Positions 34,991 through 44,472 of a DNA stretch of 56,656 nucleotides are shown one piece after another (the first letter of the stretch is position 1; every line of letters starts with the position of its first letter). This DNA comes from a virus (Duplodnaviria; Caudoviricetes). The notes below the pieces were generated by a model, which was not told the DNA's origin, did no database searches, and saw only the letters and a program-made list of their open reading frames with translations. The stretch covers positions 1 through 56,656 of IMG/VR virus record IMGVR_UViG_3300036859_000863, one strand, 5' to 3'. A program made the translations under genes and the position numbers.

Positions 34991-35220
34991 CGCTCCGACA
35001 TCGCCGGTTCGATCTGGTGCGAGACGAGGACGTGACCGGCGTGTCTGGTACCGGCGTGGTCGCCCAGGGCGTGTGGTTCCCGGACGGCGATGTCGTGGTG
35101 TTGCGCTGGACGTCGGCGTGGCCTACCAGCGTGGTGTTCCACGAGCGGGGCCTCGATTCGATCGAGGCGGTGCACGGCCACAACGGCAAGACACGAGTCG
35201 AGTGGCTCGATGCCGACTAA
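34987..35220 (+). CDS. Conserved small phage protein
   Basis: RRFDLVRDEDVTGVSGTGVVAQGVWFPDG...VHGHNGKTRVEW. Confidence 0.75.
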   Translation: MTLRHRRFDLVRDEDVTGVSGTGVVAQGVWFPDGDVVVLRWTSAWPTSVVFHERGLDSIEAVHGHNGKTRVEWLDAD

Positions 35221-37981
35221 CGACCATCGCAAGCTGCTGGCCGAGCTGGAGGACCTGGCCGCCGCCGCGGTCGACGTCGCGCTGCGGAACGTGGCCCGCC
35301 GGTTCGCCGTCGCCCTCCGCCGTATGGGTGCGGTGTCCGCGGACGACGCCGCGGTGGTGCGCTCGATGTGGGTGGACGAGATCGACGGGCCGCTCGTCGA
35401 CGCTGTAGAGGCCGCCCAGGAGCTCGGTGTGACGGCCGGGGAGGCGCAACTCGGCATACCCGCCGGGCGGCCGCCGCTGGCGCTCAGGGAGGCTCTGGAG
35501 GGCGCCAGGAACCGGCTGGCGCGCGTCGGCGACGAAGTCTGGCAGCACGCCCGCGCCCAGTTGGTGGAGGGGGTGGAGCTGGGCGAGTCGATACCGAAGC
35601 TGGCGAAGCGGATATCGCGGCTCCCGGATCTCGCCGGCCCGAGGGCCACGGTCGTCGCCCGCACCGAGGTCGTGTCCGCCAGCAACAAGGCGACGCTGGC
35701 GGTAGCCCGGGACCGGGGGGTGGCGACGGTCAAGACCTGGTTGGCCACCGACGACGACCGCACCCGCGAGTCGCACGCGGCGGCCGAGGCCGACCCGGCG
35801 AACCAGCGGATCCCGATGGACCACCCGTTCACGGTGGGCGGCTGGCCGGCCGACTACCCGGGTGATCCCGGTTTGCCCCCCGATGAGGCGATCAACTGCC
35901 GCTGCACCGTTGTGGTCGAGCGAGATCCGGCGGCCGAGCAGGATCAGGAAGTACCGTTGGCGGCGGCCGCGACCGAGGAGGAGACGATCGTGCCTTGGAG
36001 CAAAGTCAAGGGCGGCGGCGACTGCGGAGACGACCAGTGGGCGGTCCTCAAGGACTCCGACGGCAGCACGGCGGGGTGTCACGACACCGAGGAGGAGGCG
36101 GACGCCCAGCTCGCCGCGCTGTACGCGAGCGAGCCGGACGCCGCCGTCGAGCTGCTCCCGCTCGTAGAGGGGCCGACGTGGGAGGGCGTGATCGCGATCG
36201 AGGGGAAACCGACGGAGGAGGCCCCGGCCCGCGAGTTCGCGCCCGGCAGCCTGACGTGGGAGCGGCTGCCGATCGTGCTGCAGTGGGAGAAGGAGGGCAC
36301 CCACGGCGGCGACCACAGCGTGACCGTCCCGGTCGGTTCGGTGGACGAGATCGAGCGTCGCGACGGCGGCGAGATCTGGGGGCGGGGCCGGCTGTCGACG
36401 TCGTCGCCGGACGCGTTGACGGTGACGGAGATGATGCGCGAGGGGTTCGTACGTTGGGTGTCGATCGTCCCGGACGGCATATCGGATGCCGACGTCGAGC
36501 TGGTCATGCCCGACGAACCGCCCGCCGTTGAGGACGAGGAGATAGAGGACCTGCTGTTCGGCCCGACCCCGGAGACGGTGATCTTCCACGCCGGAAGGAT
36601 CAGGGCGGTGACGCTCGTCGACATCGCCGCGTTTATCGACGCGGTTGTAACACTGGAGGAACCCTTAGAAGTAAGCTCTGCTAATGAAACCGCGAGCGAG
36701 AACACCAGCGTTACAGCGGATACTTCGTCGAATCGATGTCTCGAATGCGGAAGCGTGCTGGCTGTGGCCGGGGGCAACGGCGGCCGGGTACGGGGTGATC
36801 GACGTCGAGGGGACGAATCGGGGAGTGCATCGAGTGATGTACGAAGCGCTGGTCGGTCCGATTCCAGTGGGGTTGACGATCGATCATCTCTGTCGGCAAC
36901 CGCTGTGCTGCAATCCAGCGCATCTGGAACCGGTGACGATGTGGGAGAACTTGCGGCGAGCGCCGAACACCAGCGTTTCCAAGTCGTTGCGCATGACGCA
37001 TTGCACCAACGGTCATCTATACGACGAGACGAACACGGTCATGGGGAAACGAGTCAACGGCGAGACCTACAGGATGTGTCGAACCTGCCGTCAGGAAAGT
37101 CGGTTACGTCGCTACGCAGCGGACCCGGAGCGATTCAGGACCTATCAGCGGGAATACCGGCGGATGAGGCGCAACTCATAGCGGCCGGTACGCACACGCT
37201 GGTGTTGCATGACCGGCCGCCGGCGTGGTGGTTCAACGAACCGACCGATGAGACCCCGCACGGCGCGCTGACGGTCACCGACGAGGGCCGCCTGTACGGA
37301 TATCTGGCGCCGTCGAACGTAGGGCACATCTCGCCGCTGTTCCGGGGACGCACCGTCCCGTTGGGCACCGACTACTCGCGGTTCCACCGGGGCGAGGTGG
37401 TGTGCGAGGGCGGCGAGCGGGTCGTCGCAGGGAACGTGACGATGGGCTGCAACCACGCCCCGCGGGTGGCGTCGGTGCCGGAGATCGAGCAGTTCGAGAA
37501 CACATGCGCCGTATTTGGTCGGGTGCGGGTCGGCGAGAACCGGCACGGCGCCTGGGTCGCCGGCTACGTGCTGCCGGGCGTGACCGCGGACATGGTGGAG
37601 CGGGCGATGGGTTGCCAGCTGTCGGGCTACTGGAGGCCGAAGGAGAGCGGCGGCGGGGTCGAGCTGTTCTCGGCGCTGCTGGTGCCGGTGCCGGGGTTCC
37701 CGATGGGGAGGTCGCGGCCGTCGGTGCGAGTCCGGAACGGGGCGATGGTGTCGTCGGCGGTGCCGGTCCGGTTCGAGGACGGACACCTGCACGGCCATGA
37801 CTTCGCTATGGCGATGGCCGCGGCAGCAGGAGGGGGCTGCGGGTGCGGCGGTCACGTCGAAGGCGAACCGGCGATTACCGCGGCGGCGCTACGTTCGATC
37901 GTCTCGGTCGCCGAGCAGAACCGGCAGCGCCGACGACAGGCGGCCGCCGCGCTCGCCGCCCGGATCGAGGCGGGCGTCTGA
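35210..37981 (+). CDS. MuF-like head morphogenesis / capsid maturation protease fusion
   Basis: MuF motifs ARTEVVSASN, KTWLATDDDRTRESH and PGDP...EAINCRC; protease-like WEGVIAIEG...GRIRAVTLVDIAAF; C-domain PPAWWFNEP...GRLYGYLA...LSGYWR...VPVPGFP. Confidence 0.8.
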   Translation: MPTNDHRKLLAELEDLAAAAVDVALRNVARRFAVALRRMGAVSADDAAVVRSMWVDEIDGPLVDAVEAAQELGVTAGEAQLGIPAGRPPLALREALEGARNRLARVGDEVWQHARAQLVEGVELGESIPKLAKRISRLPDLAGPRATVVARTEVVSASNKATLAVARDRGVATVKTWLATDDDRTRESHAAAEADPANQRIPMDHPFTVGGWPADYPGDPGLPPDEAINCRCTVVVERDPAAEQDQEVPLAAAATEEETIVPWSKVKGGGDCGDDQWAVLKDSDGSTAGCHDTEEEADAQLAALYASEPDAAVELLPLVEGPTWEGVIAIEGKPTEEAPAREFAPGSLTWERLPIVLQWEKEGTHGGDHSVTVPVGSVDEIERRDGGEIWGRGRLSTSSPDALTVTEMMREGFVRWVSIVPDGISDADVELVMPDEPPAVEDEEIEDLLFGPTPETVIFHAGRIRAVTLVDIAAFIDAVVTLEEPLEVSSANETASENTSVTADTSSNRCLECGSVLAVAGGNGGRVRGDRRRGDESGSASSDVRSAGRSDSSGVDDRSSLSATAVLQSSASGTGDDVGELAASAEHQRFQVVAHDALHQRSSIRRDEHGHGETSQRRDLQDVSNLPSGKSVTSLRSGPGAIQDLSAGIPADEAQLIAAGTHTLVLHDRPPAWWFNEPTDETPHGALTVTDEGRLYGYLAPSNVGHISPLFRGRTVPLGTDYSRFHRGEVVCEGGERVVAGNVTMGCNHAPRVASVPEIEQFENTCAVFGRVRVGENRHGAWVAGYVLPGVTADMVERAMGCQLSGYWRPKESGGGVELFSALLVPVPGFPMGRSRPSVRVRNGAMVSSAVPVRFEDGHLHGHDFAMAMAAAAGGGCGCGGHVEGEPAITAAALRSIVSVAEQNRQRRRQAAAALAARIEAGV
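36684..37181 (+). CDS. HNH homing endonuclease nested out of frame inside the MuF/protease gene
   Basis: CWLW.G...GYG...VHRVMYE..VGPIP.GLTIDHLCRQPLCCNPAHLEPVT..EN, plus THCTNGH...CRTC Zn finger. Confidence 0.9.
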   Translation: MKPRARTPALQRILRRIDVSNAEACWLWPGATAAGYGVIDVEGTNRGVHRVMYEALVGPIPVGLTIDHLCRQPLCCNPAHLEPVTMWENLRRAPNTSVSKSLRMTHCTNGHLYDETNTVMGKRVNGETYRMCRTCRQESRLRRYAADPERFRTYQREYRRMRRNS

Positions 37982-38184
37982 TGTGCGATTGTGGCGAGTC
38001 GATGAGTCTGGCGGGCGCGCAGATCGTCACGTCGAACACGGCGGCGGCGATGGTCGCCGGCGCGCCGCCCGCCGACCGCTACACGGTGACCTGCCCGGAC
38101 GGCACGTCGACCGGCTACCACATGTGGGTGGAGGCGGCGGCGGCGAAACACCAGTGCGGCGGGACGCTGGTCGAGATCCGCTGA
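37981..38184 (+). CDS. Small Cys-containing head-region protein
   Basis: MCDCG...YTVTCPDG...A.....GG; TGATG coupling. Confidence 0.65.
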   Translation: MCDCGESMSLAGAQIVTSNTAAAMVAGAPPADRYTVTCPDGTSTGYHMWVEAAAAKHQCGGTLVEIR

Positions 38185-38244
38185 CCGATGCTTGACCTCA
38201 CGTCCCTGCCCCGCCCAACTGGTCGCCACCCAGCCGTGCGCTAG

Positions 38245-38991
38245 ATGGCGATCACCGCGACTGACTTGACATCAGGGTCGGACACGACGTTGGCGACCTC
38301 TTACGTCACGGCGTCGATCACACCGACCGCGAACCGGCTGGTCCTGTTGACGACGGCGGCGTCGAAGGCAACGACACCGTCGCAACCCACCGTGTCAGGG
38401 GCGGGTCTCACGTGGGTGTTCGTGTCCGGGTTCGTGTTCGACACCGAAACGACGGTCACCGTGAACATGGAACGCATCGACGTGTTCCGGGCCTTGTCCG
38501 CGTCGCCGGGTTCGGGGGCGGTGACGATCAACTACGGCAGCAACCAGACCGGATGTCTGTGGTCGATCGTAGAGTTCGACGGGATCGACACGTCGGGAAG
38601 CAACGGCGCCAACGCGGTGGCGCAGCCGACCCAGACGGCTCCCGATCCGATCCCGGCCACCCAGGGGTCGCTCACGCTGGCCGCGGCCGGGAACAGCAAC
38701 AACCGCCCGTTCTCGGCGTGGGCGCATGAGACGCAGGAGGCCACCAACCCCCGTTCCGGTTGGACCGAGATCCACGACGCGCTCATGGGCAGTCCCGCTA
38801 ACGGCCTGGAAACTCAGTGGCGGGGCGACGCGTTTGAGACGACCGCGAGCGCGTCGTGGGCTACGCCGTCGACGTTCGGCGGTGTCGCCCTCGAATTGGT
38901 CGCGGCCGCCGCGGGCGGCGGGCAACCGGCGCTCGCCCGTTTCCGTTCCGTGCCTCACGTCCAGCCCGGCCGGGGAGGCGACTACCGATGA
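38245..38991 (+). CDS. Ser/Thr-rich putative virion protein
   Basis: Beta-rich, S/T/A/G-rich sequence (YVTASITPTANRLVLL...); located in the structural region. Confidence 0.6.
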   Translation: MAITATDLTSGSDTTLATSYVTASITPTANRLVLLTTAASKATTPSQPTVSGAGLTWVFVSGFVFDTETTVTVNMERIDVFRALSASPGSGAVTINYGSNQTGCLWSIVEFDGIDTSGSNGANAVAQPTQTAPDPIPATQGSLTLAAAGNSNNRPFSAWAHETQEATNPRSGWTEIHDALMGSPANGLETQWRGDAFETTASASWATPSTFGGVALELVAAAAGGGQPALARFRSVPHVQPGRGGDYR

Positions 38992-39000
38992 GGAGCCACG

Positions 39001-40041
39001 ATGGCCGCCAGTGACGCCCGGTTCGTTCCCGTCCGCAACGCCGCCTACCGGGTGACCTTCCCGATCTTGGACGCTGACGGCGACCTGGTGGCCGGGGCGG
39101 CGTCGTTGGACTCGGAGGTGTCGAAGGACGGCGGGACGTTCGCGGACTGCACCAACGAGGCGACCGAGATCGCCGCCGCCTCGGGCATGTACTTCCTGGA
39201 TCTGACCGCAACGGAGATGGACGCCGACACGGTGGCGGTGATCGTCAAGACCGGGACCGCCGGGGCGAAGACCACGCCGATCGTGCTGTACACCGCTGCT
39301 CGTGACGTCGACGATCTAGCGTTCCCGACCGTTTCGGGACGGTCGATCGACGTCACCGCCACCGGCGAGGTCGGCGTCGATTTGGACAACGCGGCCGGGA
39401 CGTTGGACGCCGCCCAGTTCGGCGCCGGGTTCATCACGTCGACGAAGTTCGCGGCCGGCGCGGTCGACGCCGCCGCGATCGCCGACGGCGCCATCGACGC
39501 GGCAACGTTCGCGGCGGGGGCGATCACCGCGGCCGCCGTCGCCACCGACGCCATCGGCGCCGCCGAACTGGCAGCCGACGCGGTAACCGAGATCGCCAAC
39601 GCGGTGGCCGCCCCCGCGGCGGCGACGATCGCCGACGCGGTGTGGGACGAAACACGAGCGGGCCACGTCACCGCCGGGACGTTCGGGGAAGGCGCCGCCA
39701 GCGTGCAAGGGAACGTGACCGGGTCGGTGGCTAGTGTGGTCGGCGCGGTCGGGTCCGTCACCGCGCCCGTGACGGTGGGCGCCAACGGCGACAAGACCGG
39801 TTACAGCCTGTCGGCGGCCGGGGTGGACGCCATCCTCGACGACTCTCTGTCCGAGCTGGCGGCGGCCCCCGCGGCGACGCCGACGTTACGGCAGGCGTTG
39901 CAGTGGCTCTACCAGATGTTCCGCAACCGGGTGACCGCGACCGCCGCCGCCACGACGGTGCAGAACGGCGCGGGGACGACGATCGCGACCGCCCCGCTCA
40001 GCGACGACGGGACGACGTTCACGAGAGGCGGATACAGCTGA
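39001..40041 (+). CDS. Ala-rich putative virion fibre/decoration protein
   Basis: LDSEVSKDGGTF...GMYFLDLTATEMDAD, repeated AGAI.AA.IA.DAI units, IADAVWDE..AGH..AGTFG and SDDGTTFTRG. Confidence 0.65.
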   Translation: MAASDARFVPVRNAAYRVTFPILDADGDLVAGAASLDSEVSKDGGTFADCTNEATEIAAASGMYFLDLTATEMDADTVAVIVKTGTAGAKTTPIVLYTAARDVDDLAFPTVSGRSIDVTATGEVGVDLDNAAGTLDAAQFGAGFITSTKFAAGAVDAAAIADGAIDAATFAAGAITAAAVATDAIGAAELAADAVTEIANAVAAPAAATIADAVWDETRAGHVTAGTFGEGAASVQGNVTGSVASVVGAVGSVTAPVTVGANGDKTGYSLSAAGVDAILDDSLSELAAAPAATPTLRQALQWLYQMFRNRVTATAAATTVQNGAGTTIATAPLSDDGTTFTRGGYS

Positions 40042-40280
40042 TGGCAGTGGACACGAGAGACGAGCGGGCGGCGGCCGCCCACCACTGGCTGCCGGACCCG
40101 GACGGCACGGTCGGGACGTTGGACCGACGGCAGGCGGCCCGCGAGTACCCGCTGCTGTCGCTGCCGGCGCTGCCGACGCCCGCGGACCCGCACGCGCTGA
40201 CGTGCAGCTACCGCGACCGCGGCCACACGTGTACGCGCTCCGACCGGGGGCACACGGCGACCGCCCGGGAGTCGTGTTGA
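40041..40280 (+). CDS. Small hypothetical protein
   Basis: MAVDTRDERAAA...PDPDGTV...DRRQAA.EY; TGATG coupling. Confidence 0.6.
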   Translation: MAVDTRDERAAAAHHWLPDPDGTVGTLDRRQAAREYPLLSLPALPTPADPHALTCSYRDRGHTCTRSDRGHTATARESC

Positions 40281-40621
40281 GCGGCCTGCGCTACCACCAG
40301 CATGCGGAGCGGCCGGCGGCGAGGCTGTGGCTGTACGACGACGACGGCACGCTCATCGACTTCTCCGACCCGGCCTACAGCTTCACGTTCAAGATCGGGG
40401 TCCCCGGCCGGTCGGCCGAGCTGACGAAGACGGCGGGGATCGCGGGGGCGGCCGGGTCGGGCAGCGAACCGGCGGGGGTCCCGAACGTGACGGTGACGTG
40501 GGCGGCGGGGGAGCTGAACCTGCCGGCCCGGGTCCGCTACCGCTGGCAGCTGACGGCGACGATCGGCGGGCTCGACCGGGTGTTCGAGGAGTCGTTCGAG
40601 GTGCTCGCCCAGATCCTCTGA
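40277..40621 (+). CDS. Putative beta-sandwich virion protein
   Basis: L.DDDGTLIDFS...FTFKIG...NVTVTWAAGEL...YRWQLTAT; TTGA overlap. Confidence 0.6.
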   Translation: MSGLRYHQHAERPAARLWLYDDDGTLIDFSDPAYSFTFKIGVPGRSAELTKTAGIAGAAGSGSEPAGVPNVTVTWAAGELNLPARVRYRWQLTATIGGLDRVFEESFEVLAQIL

Positions 40622-40819
40622 CCGGCGGGATGCGTGCGTCCGGTTGACCGGGAGGTGTATGGTGCGCGCAGCACGACTCACCTAGTGGGGGTGCCGTCCA
40701 GCTCAGTGAAGGCGCTGGACGTGAAGACGGACATGGTTCGCCGGATCGAGCACCGCGACTGCCGTCGCCGGTAGCCGGTGCAGAGCCCTCCCGGAAGATC
40801 GCATTGACCCGGAGGAACC

Positions 40820-42595
40820 ATGGCCAAGAACGAGGCAGCGAACACCCCGCCCGTCGTCCCCGAGGACCTGTCCGAACTCGCGTTGGACGAGCTGGTCGCG
40901 CTCGACGAGCAGCTGACCGCCCTGTTCAACGGCATGTACGACCCGGACGACCCGACGGCGGACGTCGACGTGGCGGCGCTGACCGCCCTGTCGGAGGACA
41001 TCCAGCGGGTGCGGGGAGAGCACTCCGAGCGGGTCGAGGCGGCCCGGCAGGCCCGCGAGCAGGTCGCCGCGCTCGCCGCCCAGGTGAACGCCGAGGTCGA
41101 GCAGCCCGACGAAGACGAGGACGACGAGGAGGAGGGCGCCGGGGAACCCCCGGCCGAGCCGGAGGACCCGGAGGCCGAGGTCGTTCCCGCCGACGAGGTC
41201 GAGGTACTCGACCCGGAGAAGGTCGCGGTCGCCGCCGCCGGCAAGCTGTCGGCGCAGCCGCGGCGCTACCCGAAGCTGAACGCCTCGTGGGCCGACGTGC
41301 GGCGCCGCGCCCCGGCGGCTGCCGCCCCCAACGGCGGCAGCGCGGTAGTGACCGCGTCGTCGGACATCCCGGACGTCCCGATGGGTTCCCGCCTGAACCT
41401 CGACCAGCTGGTGGAGGCGATCCACGCCAAGGCGTCGAGCGTGGCCGTCACCCAGCTCGGCGCCAACGCCCCGGTGCACCGGGTAGCGGAGATGCGACTC
41501 GACTTCCCGGAGACGCTGTCGGTGCTCGGCGACCTGTCGGACCCGGCCGAGACCGAGGCGCTCATGGCCCGCGTCGGCGACCAGGGTCGGCTGCTGTCGG
41601 CGATGCCGGCGGCCGGCGGGTGGTGCGCCCCGTCGGAGACCCGCTACAGCTTTTTCAACGTGACCTGCCAGGACGGCGGCGTCGATCTGCCGACGTTCGG
41701 GGTGAACCGCGGCGGGCTGCGCTTCCCGGTATCCCCCACGTTGGCGGACGTGTTTACCGGGACGTTCACGTCGGGCACGAACCCGTGGCTGTGGACCGAA
41801 ACGGACGACATCGCCACCGTGACCGGAACCCCGAACAAGCCGTGCGTGCGGGTGCCGTGCCCGACGTTCACCGACGTGCGGCTGGAGTGCTACGGCATCT
41901 GTCTGACCGCCGGGAACCTCGCCGACGACGCCTACCCGGAGGCGACCGCCAACCAGCTGCGCCTGCTGGAGGCGGCCCACTTCCACGCGTCGAACGCCCG
42001 CTACATCGCCCAGATGGTGGGTCTGTCGACGCCGACCGGGGGGCCGACCGCGATCGGCGCCGCCGGGTCGGGGACGTTCGCGCCGCTGCTCGGCTCGGTC
42101 GAGCTGGCCGCCATCGACTACAAGACCCGCTTCGGGATGTGCGAGGACGACATCCTGGAGACGGTGCTGCCGGCGTGGGCGAAGGGCGCCATCCGCTCCG
42201 ACCTGGCGAAGCGCTCCGGGGTCGACCTGCTGTCGGTGTCGGACGCCCAGATCGCCGACCACTTCGACGCCCGCCGGGTGCGGGTCCAGTTCGTGCAGGA
42301 TTGGCAGGTGCGCAGCGCCGGGCTGCCGGGCGGGGCGACGCCGATCACGGCGTGGCCGACGACGGTCGACTTCATGATCTACGCGGCCGGGACGTTCCAG
42401 CGCGGCAACGGCATGTCGCTGCGGATCGCCATGCTGCGCGACAGCGTCCTGAACGCCGAGAACGACCACACCGCCCTGTTCATGGAGGAGTGCCATCTGA
42501 TCGCCCGGTTCGGGCACGAGTCCCGCCAGTACCGGGTGGCGATCTGCACCGACGGCACCACCGGGGCGTCCGACCTGACCGCCTGCGGCGTCTGA
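40820..42595 (+). CDS. Major capsid protein (with acidic scaffold-like N-terminus; hexamer-type)
   Basis: GGAGG SD; AAGGWCAPSETRY, DLPTFGVNRGGLRF, KPCVRVPCPTF...G.CLTAGNL...YPE, RVQFVQDWQ and NDHTALFMEE; layout resembles my recollection of cluster-B-type actinophage capsids. Confidence 0.85.
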   Translation: MAKNEAANTPPVVPEDLSELALDELVALDEQLTALFNGMYDPDDPTADVDVAALTALSEDIQRVRGEHSERVEAARQAREQVAALAAQVNAEVEQPDEDEDDEEEGAGEPPAEPEDPEAEVVPADEVEVLDPEKVAVAAAGKLSAQPRRYPKLNASWADVRRRAPAAAAPNGGSAVVTASSDIPDVPMGSRLNLDQLVEAIHAKASSVAVTQLGANAPVHRVAEMRLDFPETLSVLGDLSDPAETEALMARVGDQGRLLSAMPAAGGWCAPSETRYSFFNVTCQDGGVDLPTFGVNRGGLRFPVSPTLADVFTGTFTSGTNPWLWTETDDIATVTGTPNKPCVRVPCPTFTDVRLECYGICLTAGNLADDAYPEATANQLRLLEAAHFHASNARYIAQMVGLSTPTGGPTAIGAAGSGTFAPLLGSVELAAIDYKTRFGMCEDDILETVLPAWAKGAIRSDLAKRSGVDLLSVSDAQIADHFDARRVRVQFVQDWQVRSAGLPGGATPITAWPTTVDFMIYAAGTFQRGNGMSLRIAMLRDSVLNAENDHTALFMEECHLIARFGHESRQYRVAICTDGTTGASDLTACGV

Positions 42596-42632
42596 GCCGG
42601 GGAGTGACCGAAACGACGAGAGGAGGTGACCG

Positions 42633-43541
42633 ATGCCGACGGAGGTCCAGAACTTCGTAGAGGCAGCGCCGTCGACGGTCATCCCGCTCGGCTACGGCCT
42701 GTTCGCGGCGGCCACGATGCAGGAGCTGGGCGGCCGCGAGTCCGGCGGGATACAGACGACCGCCGACCCGTGCGTCGCGGGTCGCCCCACCCAGGACGGC
42801 TGCCCGACCGACTCCGGCACCGACACCAAGACGGCGACGTCGACCGGGTTGGACGACTTCGCGGCCGAGCCGTTCACGGTGTACAGCCGGATCGACTGCG
42901 GCCCGGTCGGGTTCTGGGACCAGGCCGACGAGCGTGCCCGCCGCGCCCTGCTGGGCGGCGAGGCCCGCGCCGTCGAGCGGGCGTTCTGGACCGGCGACCT
43001 GCTCGGCCCGAACGTCCTGAACCCGCATCTGGCGGCCGACACCGCGATCGTCGCCGGCGGGCTGACCGTGCAGCAGGCGGCCACCGTGGTCGTCTCCGGG
43101 GGACCGGCGAACGGGGTGCCGTTCCCGGAGGCGATCGGACTGGTCGAGGGGGCGCTGGCGTCCTGTCTCGGCGGCTACGGCACGATCCACGTGCCCCGCT
43201 GGACGGCCGCGACGTTCGGCGCCGAGGAACTCGTGTTCCGTGACGGCCAGAACCTGCGGACGATGCTCGGCACCCCGGTGGCGGCCGGCGCCGGCTACGT
43301 CGGCACCGGCCCGGACGGTTCGACGCCGCCGGCCGGGTCGGCGTGGATCTACGGCACCGGCCCGGTCACGGTCCGGCGGGGCGGGGTGCGGGTGTTCTCT
43401 CGCGAGGAGTCGTTCGACCGGTTCGAGAACCGGGTGGCGATGATCGCCGAACGCACCTACGTGGTCTCGTGGGAGTGCTGCCTGTTCGCGCTGCTCGTCG
43501 ACGTCGGCGGGTTCACCCCGCCGCTGGTGGCGGCGCCGTGA
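42633..43541 (+). CDS. Second capsid protein (pentamer/minor capsid type)
   Basis: YGLFAAA, PFTVY...C, GEARAVERAFW, LRTMLGTPVAAGAGY, WIYGTGPV and N....AERTYVVSWECC; directly after the major capsid gene. Confidence 0.7.
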   Translation: MPTEVQNFVEAAPSTVIPLGYGLFAAATMQELGGRESGGIQTTADPCVAGRPTQDGCPTDSGTDTKTATSTGLDDFAAEPFTVYSRIDCGPVGFWDQADERARRALLGGEARAVERAFWTGDLLGPNVLNPHLAADTAIVAGGLTVQQAATVVVSGGPANGVPFPEAIGLVEGALASCLGGYGTIHVPRWTAATFGAEELVFRDGQNLRTMLGTPVAAGAGYVGTGPDGSTPPAGSAWIYGTGPVTVRRGGVRVFSREESFDRFENRVAMIAERTYVVSWECCLFALLVDVGGFTPPLVAAP

Positions 43542-43786
43542 TCGTGACCGCGGTCGACTTCGACCGCTACCTGTGGGCGACGTCGCTGGCGGTCGACGCC
43601 GGGTTCTCGCCGCGCCCGCTGGGCGGAAACAGCTTCGAGATCGACGTCACCGCCCTCGACGTGCTCAGCCCGGCGGTGACCCTCGGCGCGGTGTCGACCG
43701 ACGCCCCGGTCGAAGCGCCCGCACCGACCGAACCCCCGTCTGTCAAGCGCGCCGCCCGTCGCCGGGCCGCCACCAAGGAGGAGTAA
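43538..43786 (+). CDS. Small hypothetical protein
   Basis: GTGA overlap; basic C-terminus. Confidence 0.5.
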   Translation: MIVTAVDFDRYLWATSLAVDAGFSPRPLGGNSFEIDVTALDVLSPAVTLGAVSTDAPVEAPAPTEPPSVKRAARRRAATKEE

Positions 43787-43789
43787 CCC

Positions 43790-44461
43790 GTGGCCTCACT
43801 CTGTCTCGCCCCCATCCGCGGCGACGTGCTGCGCATCGTTAAGGAGGACGTGTGCGGCGTCCCGGTGACCGGCGCGGCGTCGGCGCAGGTCGTGTCGGCC
43901 GGGTTCGTGTCGATCGACGTCGACCCGAACTACGAGCTGCAGGGCGCCATCCGGGAGCGGCTGGCGAACGGGTCGCTGTGCGTGAACGAACCGGACGTCG
44001 CCCAGCTGCTGGAGATCGAGGTGGCGATCAACTTCTGTCTCGTCGACCCGGACATCGCGGCGATCACGATGGGGGCGACGCTGATCACCGGCGGCCCTCC
44101 GGTGACCGGCACCGGGTTCGCGCTCCGCGAGGGGATCATCACCGCCCGCTGGTCGCTGGAGGTGTGGCAGCCCACCGCGGGGGCGTCGGCGTGCGACCCG
44201 TCGGGGCTGCCGCAGCGGCTCTACCACGCGTTCCCGAATCTCGGGTCGGCCCAGCTGGGGTCGTTCACGATCGAGAACGGGCGGCTCAACTTCCAGATCA
44301 CGGCCCGCACCAAAGCCGGGTCGCTGCTGTGGGGTAACGGGCCGGGCAGCGCCGGGCCGTGGACGGCGTCGATCCTGTCGGGCACCCACTATCTGGCGAA
44401 CTACACGACGGTGGCGACCCCGGCGATCCCGGCGGACTGCGGCGCCTTCGCGCTGGTCTGA
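43790..44461 (+). CDS. Major tail protein
   Basis: AAGGAGGAG SD; C..PIRG..LRI...D.CG.P...VVS.GFV...ANG.LCV...FC.VDPD...W.LEVW. Confidence 0.75.
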   Translation: MASLCLAPIRGDVLRIVKEDVCGVPVTGAASAQVVSAGFVSIDVDPNYELQGAIRERLANGSLCVNEPDVAQLLEIEVAINFCLVDPDIAAITMGATLITGGPPVTGTGFALREGIITARWSLEVWQPTAGASACDPSGLPQRLYHAFPNLGSAQLGSFTIENGRLNFQITARTKAGSLLWGNGPGSAGPWTASILSGTHYLANYTTVATPAIPADCGAFALV

Positions 44462-44472
44462 CCGGACGGTCG

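Noticed and set aside
36660-37190. Intein in the protease
   Set aside because: The endonuclease is in a different frame from the host ORF, and there are no intein N-/C-terminal splice motifs.
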